A DNA stretch of 64,000 nt from Psammoneis japonica (taxonomy: Eukaryota): NCBI GenBank assembly GCA_008632985.1, contig QPGO01000038.1, positions 397,939-461,938 on the forward strand. Reading direction: 5' to 3'. Shown one piece after another: positions 1 to 10,476 of this stretch. Under the pieces are notes generated by a model. That model was not told the DNA's origin. It made no database searches and was given only the letters and a program-made list of their open reading frames with translations. A program made the position numbers and the translations under genes. Positions within the stretch are counted from its first letter, which is position 1, and each line of letters starts with the position of its first letter.

Positions 1-29
1 TGTGTCTGACAATATCAGAAAACGGAGAA

Positions 30-2338
30 TTGTTGGCTAACACAAACATACCCACATCCTTCAGACGAAACAAACGAAAGAAATGGATTCCCATTGATGG
101 TTTGTACGGGATTTACAATTTACCTTCGGGAATCATTGTTGTATTGATTACAGGCAGTCATGAGATTTATTCCAATCCACTCATGGGACAGATTCGTCGT
201 GTCGATTCCATGGAACTCTTGCACCTACCACGCACAACACCAAACAACAACAACAATAGATTAAAGCTGAGACAAATCAAGGAGGAAATGCGACAATTGA
301 AATTGTTACGACAAGCATTACGACAACACGATTTTTACTACATTCATCACTCCAACAACAACTCAACAAATACAAACAAAATGGACATGACACAAACACT
401 ACAACGATATTTTCGAGGCAGAAGACAAGAAGAAAACAACAATTCAGCGTGGTGGAACAACACAACCACTATTGATTCTCGATTCTTTTGGAATGAACCC
501 GCGGTACAACCTCTGCTGGACGATACTACAAACGGTCTTTCTACGCTCTTACCACATGTCCTAATCGTGACGGCCGCCTTTGTCGGAGTCCAAACCAACA
601 TTACACTGCTCCATGACGCTCAACAACAACAAAACAATGTTGTCTATGATGAATTGTTGATTTCACGCAAGAGTCGATTTCGTGCCGGAACACGTTTTAC
701 CAAACGTGGTGCCGATGGAACGGGTGCCGTGGCCAATTATGCCGAAACGGAACAATTGTTAGTTTGTTATAATTCCACAAGCAAGACAAGCATGATGATG
801 ACGAGTCATGTCCAGACACGAGGTAGCATTCCATTGCGATGGTCCAGTCCGGCCGATGTCAAGACGTATCGACCCCGTGTACGGATTGGAATTGATCCAT
901 TGGCACAAGCACGAGCCTTGCGAAGTCACTTGATGGAACAATGGTCCTTGTATGATTGTAGGAACACGCCCCAAACCAAACACGAACAAATTGTTCTGGT
1001 CAATTTGATTGACAAGCACGGTGATCAAGGACGATTGGGACGGGCGTTTGGAGCAGTGTTGGATGCAGTCTTGGATGTGTACAAGACACGCAACGACAAT
1101 GACACAAGAATCGACTCGTCGCGTCGTATTCAACAGCAATGGTCGGTTGCTCCTGATATGATTCGACACGTGTGGTTTGACTTTCATGCCGAGTGCAAGG
1201 GTGGGCGTTACGATCAATTGAAGTATTTGCTCAAGGATGTATCATCAACTCTAGACGAGCAAGGCTACTTTTGCGCTGTACCCTCCACCAGAAATGACAA
1301 CGAGTGGAACATTACAAAACTCCAACGTGGTGTAGTACGAACCAACTGCATGGATTGTCTGGATCGGACCAATGTCGTGCAAAGCATTTTTGGACGGTAC
1401 ATGTTGTTTCGTCAATTGCAAGAACAGCCTGGAATCGCCGTGACTACGAAAAAGCGAAACTTGCCTCTGGAGTATGCGTCACGGTTTCGACTAGATGGTC
1501 TGTCACTGCCATGGTCGTCGGGAGAAGTGGCACACCGACTCGTGTGGGCCGACAATGCCGATGCCATTTCGCGCTTGTACGCGGGTACTCCCGCATTAAA
1601 GGGAGACTTTACACGAACCGGAAAACGCACCAAGCGAGGTGCGCTCGATGATGGAATGAATAGTTTGCAGCGATACTATCTCAACAACTTTTTGGATGCC
1701 GATCGACAAGAGGGAATGGACTTGTTGGTGGGTTACGCTGATTTTGCCATTGTCGATGATGATGATGACGACGATGGCGATTCCTTAGTAGCTTTAGATG
1801 ACACAGAGGAAACTGCCTCATCTGATGTTAGATCAATGTCGATTCAAGAAGCAGCTCGAGCCATGATGCTGGGTTTACCAACGAGTAGTATAGCAGATGA
1901 TGATGAAAGAAGTCATGCTCGAATCAAGGTAAATTCACAAGGCTCTAGTCGGCGACCATTGGGGCTTCGTTGGTTACCTGGTGACCTTCAGAGTCACATG
2001 AGAAGTCGTGCAGCAGCCCTTGGTGACGAACCCATTCTTGGATCCAAGGCAATAGCTACTGGTTTTTCGACCTCCATTGCCCTCGAGGCAATCGACCGTC
2101 GTGCAGCATCAGATCAGCCTTGGTGGGTGACTGTTGATTCATCTGATGATGATGAAGCCGGCGAGGATGTTGAGTCAAAAGAGAAGCTAGGTACTCGGTC
2201 CGCGAATGCTGGTCACTTGCTAGGTGGGTGGTGGCAGCCTTTCAAATGCCGATTGCGACTGCAGTCGCAGTTGTCTGCATGATGGTCCCCAGTGTCTGGG
2301 CAACCACGCAGAATTCTGAGAAGAACAAAAAGAGCTGA
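30..2338 (+). CDS. SAC1: SAC1-family phosphoinositide phosphatase (5' end possibly outside the window; 1-nt frameshift near 2225)
   Basis: Motifs RAGTRFTKRG, G.VANYAETEQ, QTRGSIPLRWS, the CX5R(T) catalytic RTNCMDCLDRTNVVQ and SRLYAGTPALKGDFTRTGKRT. An alternative frame after ~2227 gives a hydrophobic tail ending KNKKS* at 2338. Confidence 0.93.
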
Positions 2339-3076
2339 CAAGGGCGCCAGATTATGGAGTGTCGAAATAAAGGGGACCTTATCATTCCCCAGTGTCTACT
2401 TTTCTTGGCACGATTTGTGCTAATCTTTAGCAGGACGTGGCACTCTCCATTGTCGTATTCGAAAAAGCTCAGAATTATCGCTTGCCTCATCTAGAGACTG
2501 TTAATTCGTACAAGCGTAAGCATAGTCTCTATGTTAGAGTCTATCTACCGTAAGTAGTCTAGAGTGTCGAGACCCCCCTCAAACCTCACGCGGCGAAAAT
2601 GTCCGAATAGGTGCAGTGGACAAAATACGCTATATTTTTATGTAGGAAGATAATTTAAAATAACGCCTCTGCGAACTGCGAACACCAAAATTTCAAAAAT
2701 CTGCTCTGATCTTCTCCATCATCTCTCGGGGAGGAAGCGAGTGACCCGTGTCGTATTGCTGCCCCAAGTCGGTTTTGTTTTGTAGTTTTCCTACTTGCTT
2801 CCTCTTCTGCAGTCGAGAACAGAAAAGGAAGCACCATACAATCACCCGCACGCACGATCAATAAATGAGCCTCGACGACAAGGTGTGTCGTTGTCCGTGT
2901 ACACGCGTTCCCGTTTGCGCCGTTGTTTTCTACGAAGGATACCGCCCAATCCCATCAAATTGTTGTGCGCAGAGCGAGTGCGATAGAAGCGATTTCTTTT
3001 ATATTCTATCGGGCCACAAAAATCCTGGGCACTGTTCTCCTGTTGAGAAGTCGTTCCCAAACTTTTCAAGGGGAAC

Positions 3077-4654
3077 ATGATTGAAAGAAGAAGAAGAAGA
3101 AGCAAGCCGTATTGTCACCCAATGGGATTAGGATGCGCCATCTTTCTTCTTTTTTCTTGCAAGCGCGTCCAATCTCGAACGACGATTGTGATGAAACACC
3201 ATCCAAAAGGTTCCGCTATGCCACATTATGAAGGTATGGCTCAACGCTCACTCACTGAAGTGCATCGCCTCTTAAAGGGTAAGAAGGAAAAAGAAAAGAA
3301 AAATAAGGATGAGAAGAAGAAGACTGAGAAGAAGAAACCTTCGCCGAAGAATCCGAAACAGTCACCAAAGCAATCTCCAAAGCGAACATCAAATCCGCAA
3401 CCTACGGCCAAGAGGGCTGAAAAGCAAAAACCTGCGAAACCCACTCCAAAGCCGACCAATAAAAGAACCTCGACTCCTCAACGAGCGCAAACTCCCGAGC
3501 CTACAAGGAAAAGGACAGGAAGGCCTACTGCGAAACCTACCCAAAAGCCCACTGCGAATCCTACCAAACGACCGCTGTCGACACAGGAAATGCTCACACC
3601 GAATCCAACTCCAAGACGTTCTCCTCCGACACGCAAACCCACAAGAAACCCAACCAGAAGGCCAACACAGAATCCAACTCCACCCCAAGCTAATGATCCA
3701 CCGCCTACGGCATTTCCCGCAGGAGAACCATCTTTGTCTCCATTCTCTGCCCCTACAATAATCACTTCCTATCGACCTTCCACTGTACCTCCATCCGTGA
3801 TCGAAACAGAGCCGCCTTCTGGATCAATAATGTCAACAGATGAAGGAATCTTGCATTTATGTTCCGCTTATCCAGACGAACAAGAGACTTCCTTCAGAAG
3901 ACTTACCATTTCCTATGCAATGCATCTCCAAGCCGACTCTAACCCACGTCTTGTGCTTGACAAAGTACACGACACGTTTCAAACCACTCTCTCATTGTTT
4001 GTTTGTACCTTTGGTTCCTCGGCTGCTCGTAGTTTCAAAGACAGACCAAGGTTTCATTCGGTGGTGTTCACCCCATCTCCATCTTATTCTCCGAAACAAT
4101 GTTCTTTGACTTTTGAGCGGAACGAAGACTGCTATCTTGTAGATACTGAATTTGGCGTGTCCTATGCCGGATCGCCAGTTGCTGACTCCACTCTCGTGAA
4201 TCGACTTGGTCCGTACTTTGTGGCGGAAATGAGTGATTTTGGGCAACTTGAAGCTAGTCACCCAAACATAACTGGTCTTGTGTTTCGTGGTTTTGTTAAC
4301 GTGGACAGTGGTGAATTGAACGAGACAAATGCTACAGAGGAAGGCATGAACTCGAGTGATTCGGATAGCAACTCGGTGGCTATACGTGCGTTGTTAATTG
4401 CAGTAGCCTCCATTGGTGTTGCCCTATCAGTTTTCGTGCTCGTTTATCTTTATCGGAGGAAAGAACACTTCCAACGACAAGCGATTGATTTGGCTGACCA
4501 AATTATTGGTGCAGAAGACCACAGGATGCAAGAAAGTGAGCCCAATCCAGATGTAGTCCAGGAAGTTATGTTTGACAGGTCTGGCGGCGACGTATCCTCA
4601 ATTAGCGACTCGGCATTTGAAGAATCCTCTTCTCACGAAGGGGTTATAACATAG
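3077..4654 (+). CDS. Type I membrane protein: signal-like N-terminus, RxL + Lys-rich block, Pro/Thr/Arg repeats, Cys-containing domain, TM; paralog of 6994..9579
   Basis: 525-aa ORF with HRLLKGKKEKEKK, PT(R/K)xPT repeats and TM ALLIAVASIGVALSVFVLVYLY-RRK; its ~160-aa domain aligns by eye with 6994..9579. Confidence 0.85.
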   Translation: MIERRRRRSKPYCHPMGLGCAIFLLFSCKRVQSRTTIVMKHHPKGSAMPHYEGMAQRSLTEVHRLLKGKKEKEKKNKDEKKKTEKKKPSPKNPKQSPKQSPKRTSNPQPTAKRAEKQKPAKPTPKPTNKRTSTPQRAQTPEPTRKRTGRPTAKPTQKPTANPTKRPLSTQEMLTPNPTPRRSPPTRKPTRNPTRRPTQNPTPPQANDPPPTAFPAGEPSLSPFSAPTIITSYRPSTVPPSVIETEPPSGSIMSTDEGILHLCSAYPDEQETSFRRLTISYAMHLQADSNPRLVLDKVHDTFQTTLSLFVCTFGSSAARSFKDRPRFHSVVFTPSPSYSPKQCSLTFERNEDCYLVDTEFGVSYAGSPVADSTLVNRLGPYFVAEMSDFGQLEASHPNITGLVFRGFVNVDSGELNETNATEEGMNSSDSDSNSVAIRALLIAVASIGVALSVFVLVYLYRRKEHFQRQAIDLADQIIGAEDHRMQESEPNPDVVQEVMFDRSGGDVSSISDSAFEESSSHEGVIT

Positions 4655-4888
4655 AAAAGAACAGTAGATCGCAGTACAGCTAGCTTTAACTAATAGAAGC
4701 GCTACTCTAGATGGGGAGTAGAGCATTCCTCCCGGTCCTTACCCTGTTTCCCTGACTGCTAGGAAACGAATTGTGATACGGTTCACATGTGAGACTGACA
4801 TTGCTACATCGGGAGATACTACTTGGGCTTGCAAGTACATTGAGGGGCCCTCCGTTCCGACCCCCCCCTAATCAATTTGTTTCTGCAC

Positions 4889-6478
4889 TCATTTTGACAG
4901 CTCAATGGCTTGTAGAATGCGTTCTGCTGCCAACCGCGCTCCGGCAATATTTCTAGCGGATGGCCCTAGCTCCAATTCTGCAAGGGCACCAGCTACAAAG
5001 ATTCTGGGATGCCACAAGAGATTCTCATCACATATGGGATATCCACAAAAATCACTCACTTTCAAATCAGCAAATTCAATCAGATCCTGGATTAATTTCC
5101 CTCCGGGCCGTTTCTCCCCAAAACCAGTAGCAAGTAAAACCTTATCCACCCCGATTGTTTCTCCACAAGAAAGAGTAAGTTCTATTCGTGTCCTGCCAGA
5201 TTCGTCTCTCGAACCATCAGTCTCCTTATTAACATAGCGTTTCTGCAATACTTGAGCTTGATGCCATTGAATATCTCCATTTTCAATCGCATAACACAAA
5301 CCATGATTTCCCCTATGAATCGCCGGAGTGACGGTACCAGGTACTCGCTCTTTAGCAATCGTCATTCTTCTCTCTTTCCAACCACTTGATGAGAATTTGC
5401 GCTGGCGTTTAGGTATTCCAGATCCTCCTCCCTCTTGGCTCCTTATAGATGCTGCTCGATCCATCATCCAATCTTGATGAGTGTCAAATTGCTGTTCTTG
5501 TATCGGGTGACGGGAAATCAAATGAATAGTACTACTATGGGAAGAGTCGGAGCCAGCAGCCGCGTTTTGTTTGGCACGAACCAATTCCAACACCTTGTGA
5601 GATCCCGAAAGACCCGCTCCAATCACAGCCACATCACCTAAAGCAAGGTTTCTAACATGGGCTTCGGCATAATTTTGATCAAACAAATGCTCCACCAATC
5701 CCTTGTCGATGTCATCTTCATTGACCCATTCTTCGTACGTAGGATCATCATTTCCCAAAGCAAGTATTACATTTTTTGCTGTGTAAACGACAGTCCTATT
5801 CTTCGTTTCATCACTGTCGAGCAAAGATACAACGACTCGGACAAGATCATTTGTGGGTTCAATCCTTGTCACCACTCCCCTCGTGTGCAATTTATTCAAT
5901 CCATACTTTTCCACAACCGAGTCGCAATGCTGATTAAAGACATCCAGCCGGGGACGTTCGTAATCGTTTGAGAATACGTTTTGATTCTTTCCAACAAGTG
6001 AGACACGAGATTTCTTCTTCTTCTTTTTCTTGTTTTTTCCTCGGGAAACGTCTTGTCCAAACTGCCGACGAAGGGAATGTTCGTCAAGATCTAAATGAAA
6101 TCCTGCCGAGGAACGTAGATATTCCATTCCGGTCGCCGCCGTTCGGGATTTCCACTTTTTCAACAAGGATTCATTGTCGTCCACAATGCACAAATGTGAT
6201 GGCGAAATGCCACCATTTCCCAATAGACGAGTGGCAATATGGACTCCGTGTATGCCTCCTCCGACAATGAGCCACGGTATGTCAATAGTACTAGCCTCTG
6301 CATGTTTATGGGCTTCCTGTTGATGTCTGCGGGTAATGGTACTCGTGGTAACAGTTGTGTCCGTGCTGAATGAAAGCACAAGCCCAACAACGGTGAAAAG
6401 CAGTGTCATCAGAATACATGAGCAGCTGAATAGAGCTTGAACATGGACGGAATTCCTCCTAACCGACAGTAATATCAT
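4889..6478 (-). CDS. FAD/NAD(P)-binding oxidoreductase (bacterial-type, flavin monooxygenase-like) with N-terminal hydrophobic segment
   Basis: WLIVGGGIHG Rossmann motif, second VAVIGAGLSG, LLATGF and C-terminal GALAELELGPSARNIAGAR; intronless 529 aa. Confidence 0.85.
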   Translation of the reverse strand: MILLSVRRNSVHVQALFSCSCILMTLLFTVVGLVLSFSTDTTVTTSTITRRHQQEAHKHAEASTIDIPWLIVGGGIHGVHIATRLLGNGGISPSHLCIVDDNESLLKKWKSRTAATGMEYLRSSAGFHLDLDEHSLRRQFGQDVSRGKNKKKKKKKSRVSLVGKNQNVFSNDYERPRLDVFNQHCDSVVEKYGLNKLHTRGVVTRIEPTNDLVRVVVSLLDSDETKNRTVVYTAKNVILALGNDDPTYEEWVNEDDIDKGLVEHLFDQNYAEAHVRNLALGDVAVIGAGLSGSHKVLELVRAKQNAAAGSDSSHSSTIHLISRHPIQEQQFDTHQDWMMDRAASIRSQEGGGSGIPKRQRKFSSSGWKERRMTIAKERVPGTVTPAIHRGNHGLCYAIENGDIQWHQAQVLQKRYVNKETDGSRDESGRTRIELTLSCGETIGVDKVLLATGFGEKRPGGKLIQDLIEFADLKVSDFCGYPICDENLLWHPRIFVAGALAELELGPSARNIAGARLAAERILQAIELSK

Positions 6479-6993
6479 CGTTCCCTTCGCTTTTCTCTTT
6501 CGTGCGATGATGATGTTTATGTCTATGCACTTCGCGCTTTGTCTATTTTCTGCAAGTGAAACGCGTACAAGATGGGACTAAAAATATCCTTTAACGGTTA
6601 TCATTCGTGGAGGGAGAGTCACGATCCGACAACGGAAATTTCAAACGGAAACTAACTGCGACACGCGAAAGAGGCGGGGCATTTTTTTAGCACGGGTTGA
6701 CCATGACAACAGAAGACAGGCCTGCAGCCGACGTGCATGCATCCACCATGTCTATTTCCTTTTCACCCAAAACGATTTCTTGCTCTCTCGGTCAACACTC
6801 ATCGCATGGATAAAAGAGGATGATGTATGTGCTTCATCATTTTTTTTGTGCAAGTTCATCCGAAGCACGACTCAATTGTAGCCAGTATGGCTAGAAGTGT
6901 ACCTGCTCCCGCGATCGGGTTCACATTAAGGCCAGTCGAGACAAAAAGAGACAAAGGCAAAACACTTGCCATTACCGCAATGGAAACACAGCA

Positions 6994-9579
6994 ATGACGA
7001 GAAGAAGTAGATGCAAATTCCCACTCTGCCTGACTTTGATTCTTCTTTTCTTGTTTGCAAGAACGACTGCCTCGGATCAACATGGTCGGTCCCTTGAAAA
7101 TGAAGAGGGGATGAATTATCACGGGAACAAAAATAAGCAAGCACAAACGATCCACTCGGCAGCGCTTCGAGAAACATCTGTTACTTCCGAACGATCGCTT
7201 GATCCAAGTGCACCGTCTTCGATAACACCTACGATCTCGGCAATACCTTTGACGACAAGAAAAACCTTACCTTCAGCTACAGAATCAATAAAGACGTTGG
7301 CAGGACCGCCAGCTTCTACCTTGAACCCAAGTTCCAAGCCGACGTCATTGCCAAATACTTCTCCGCCAACTCTGTTGCCAAAAACTGCTAGTCCAACCAA
7401 ACAGTTGCCACCAACGACCCAGCCCACCGCGACGACGACTCCTGGCCCAACCAAGCTCGTCACGCCAGATCCGACGTTTGAACCGATAGCGCCACCGACG
7501 AGTGCTCCATTGACATCGAATCCGACGCTTCATGCTGCCCAAGCGACAGAAAGTCCAACCCCGCTCCCATCTTTACCTCCTACGTTTGGTTCTCTACCAA
7601 CTATTCAGCCTACAGCGACTCCAACAGGAGCGCCAACGACAAGATCACCCACCTCTCGTCCATTGGCTGGAGACGGTGTAACTGCTATCCCGAACGCGGC
7701 AAGCCCGACTATACCGCCTGGTTTTGTGACTCCGGAACCAACGCAGATGGCTGTATCAACCCCTCCACCTACAAGCGCCCCAACTGTAGCTCCGTCAACT
7801 CAGCCGCCTGTTTCATTTCCGCCTACTCTTCAAGTTGAAACTGCACCCCCGACTTCAAGCCCAACACCCAGTCCAACGGAGGAGGATACTCCGAATCCAA
7901 CTGTAACACCAACAAGCGCTACTCCTACGCCAACAGAGATACCCCCACCTACATCAGAACCTACACCAAATCTATCACCAGCGCCAACTGTATCACCATT
8001 GACGCCGGTACCAACTACGGCGACGACTCAGAGCCTGACCGCGAGCCCAACAACTGCTAGTCCGGAGCCAACAGCTACTAGCCCTAATCCGACACCAAAT
8101 CCCTCAGCAAGACAGACCGCAAGGCCTTCAAATACCACTCCACGTCCCACCCGAAGGCCTACGCCGCAACCTACACGTCAGCCGACATTGCTTCCTTCAA
8201 GTCCCCAAGATGGGACTGCGTCACCAACGCAACGATCGACCTCAAGACCCAGTTCAAACCCGACTCGGAGGCCAACAGGTCGACCTACCCGCCAGCCAAC
8301 GGCGTCTCCAACTGCCCCCCAGGATAAAATTGTGTCGTCAAACCCAACTCGACGACCAACCCGCAGACCCACTCCAAATCCGACTCGGAGGCCCACACCA
8401 CGACCCACCCGCCAGCCATCGCTGCCTCCTTCTGTGCTCCAAGAAACGCCGCGACCCACAGCAGGGTTATCATTAAATCCAACAAGAAGTCCAACACCTG
8501 ATCCATTCGAGGCTTCATCCAGCCCTACCAAATCTCCCTCGTCGTCACCTCAGCCAACTTTTCGACCATCACAGTCCCCGTCGTCAACACCCGGATCCTC
8601 GGTGGCTCCTACCGTTTCCGTAGTCATTGATGAAGGCCTTGTCTCTTTGTGTCTAAACAACCCTGCAACTGAACAGACAACATCGTCTTCGAGAAGACTG
8701 GAGATTTCCTATGCCATGCGCCTCATTGAAGGATCTGACCCCGAGCGTGTGCTTGAGACTGTACATGACACATTCCAGGCTACATTCTCGGTGTATGTCT
8801 GTAGTTATGGGAAGGTAGAAATGCAGCGTATCAACAATGGCGTTGATTTCCTGTCGTTGGAGTATTCACCATCGCCGTCCTTTTTACCAGCATCGTGTTC
8901 GCTCGGCACTGAAGATTGCTATCTTGTCAACACCGATTTTGGGGTAACGTACGTTGGCGATCCTGTTCTTGATACCGTTTTGGTCACGTCACTCGGGCCA
9001 TACTTTATTGAGCAAATGAGCAATGACAGGCAACTCGAAAAGAGTCAACTCGAAAACAGCCACCCAAATATCACCGATCTCGAGTTTCGTGGTTTTGTTA
9101 ATGTAGGCAGTACAAACTCGGGCCCTCCTGAAGCCAACAAAAATGGTTCTTCCCAAGATGATGACGGTCCAGGCACTATTGGGATTCTGCTGATTACCAT
9201 TGCCTGTACAGGGGCGATCGGGGTGCTTATTGGTTTTATTGTTCTTCTCCGCCGTCAACAAACAGCTGCTAGGCGAGATTATGATGACCTTGATATATTG
9301 AACGAGCTTACTATTTGCAACGAGCTTAATGCTCGCAACGAGCCCAGTGAACCCCAACAAGCGGTTGAGGGATTTGAAGGGACGATTGAAGTGCCCCGTG
9401 ACCCACCTGAAGACATATCTTCCTTGGGCGAATCCGGGCTAAAACCACAGTCTATAGCCAGCATTATTGACGGAGACACGCCCAAAGAGAATGGGAATGA
9501 TCACAACGTTCAAGACGACGCAGCTGATGGTGCGGAGGATTTGAGAGCATCTTCCGAGGATGCAAATAAAATAGAATAA
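6994..9579 (+). CDS. Mucin-like type I membrane protein (signal peptide, RSL, long Pro/Thr/Ser stalk, Cys domain, TM)
   Basis: 861-aa ORF with signal peptide, ~450 aa of PT repeats, EDCYLVNTDFGV..LGPYF..HPNITDLEFRGFVNV and TM IGILLITIACTGAIGVLIGFIVLL-RR. Confidence 0.87.
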   Translation: MTRRSRCKFPLCLTLILLFLFARTTASDQHGRSLENEEGMNYHGNKNKQAQTIHSAALRETSVTSERSLDPSAPSSITPTISAIPLTTRKTLPSATESIKTLAGPPASTLNPSSKPTSLPNTSPPTLLPKTASPTKQLPPTTQPTATTTPGPTKLVTPDPTFEPIAPPTSAPLTSNPTLHAAQATESPTPLPSLPPTFGSLPTIQPTATPTGAPTTRSPTSRPLAGDGVTAIPNAASPTIPPGFVTPEPTQMAVSTPPPTSAPTVAPSTQPPVSFPPTLQVETAPPTSSPTPSPTEEDTPNPTVTPTSATPTPTEIPPPTSEPTPNLSPAPTVSPLTPVPTTATTQSLTASPTTASPEPTATSPNPTPNPSARQTARPSNTTPRPTRRPTPQPTRQPTLLPSSPQDGTASPTQRSTSRPSSNPTRRPTGRPTRQPTASPTAPQDKIVSSNPTRRPTRRPTPNPTRRPTPRPTRQPSLPPSVLQETPRPTAGLSLNPTRSPTPDPFEASSSPTKSPSSSPQPTFRPSQSPSSTPGSSVAPTVSVVIDEGLVSLCLNNPATEQTTSSSRRLEISYAMRLIEGSDPERVLETVHDTFQATFSVYVCSYGKVEMQRINNGVDFLSLEYSPSPSFLPASCSLGTEDCYLVNTDFGVTYVGDPVLDTVLVTSLGPYFIEQMSNDRQLEKSQLENSHPNITDLEFRGFVNVGSTNSGPPEANKNGSSQDDDGPGTIGILLITIACTGAIGVLIGFIVLLRRQQTAARRDYDDLDILNELTICNELNARNEPSEPQQAVEGFEGTIEVPRDPPEDISSLGESGLKPQSIASIIDGDTPKENGNDHNVQDDAADGAEDLRASSEDANKIE

Positions 9580-10476
9580 AGTGACTTGTTAACGTAGAAG
9601 AACGCGCCGACCCTCTCCCACCGCACTTTCAAAGCGCGAGCGTCAATCATTCTGACACAAAAGCATGGTTTTAGTCGGTGTTTTGTCTTTGCATCCCTGC
9701 TGAGCAGAATAGCATGGTTTTGAAATAACCAACAAAAACGACAGCTCCATGTACCATGTAGAAGTGGAGAATGAGAAGAGGGTAACGTAAGTTTAGTCAG
9801 AGACTTTTATAGAACCATAGTTCCTTTATTGCGAGAGGAAGTAGACTATAGTCTAGTGTATTGAGAGGCTCTCTACTCTCTCTAGAGAGCTAACCTTAGC
9901 TCTTTTCTCATGACGCGTGGTCCATCTGCCTGCAGCCAGAAGGAATAGGGAGTTTTGCGAAACGCCATTGCAAGTGGCACAGCGACAAAACCTGCTTCAA
10001 CAAAGAAACAAAAGTGCCACGTCGCTCGGTCTCTCGGCGCCACCTCACCAACTCACAAGGAACAACATAAAACATACGTGGTCTCATTTATGGGCGTTCA
10101 AGTTAGTTTAGATGTGTTTCCAATCATTCACAAGCTTTTTCGCTTCTTGATATTCAATTTGATAAGGAGTCGGTCACGAATCGAGTCATCGACCGAGCAT
10201 TGACATTGTTCGCAGATGCTGTATCGTGCCACTCACGTCTTCAATTCACAAAAGTGTGCGTGAGAGAGGATGTTTGAATGTTGCCCTCTTCGGTCACGAA
10301 TCAGGGAGAAGGTACAGTATGATACCGCGTATTGCTCGTTCGTTAATCCTTGAGCCCCATTTTCTCTTTGCTGCTGAGGCATTTGCATCGTTGATTGCGA
10401 ATTGCGACCGCCACACTTTTTTAGTTCTTCTTCCAACCAGTCGCAACTTGAACTAAAATCTTGTGAAGGGAGCAAC

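Noticed and set aside
8130..8420. Spaced direct repeats (cgactcggaggcc, acccgccagcca) resembling an array
   Set aside because: They encode PTRRPT peptide repeats; not CRISPR-like
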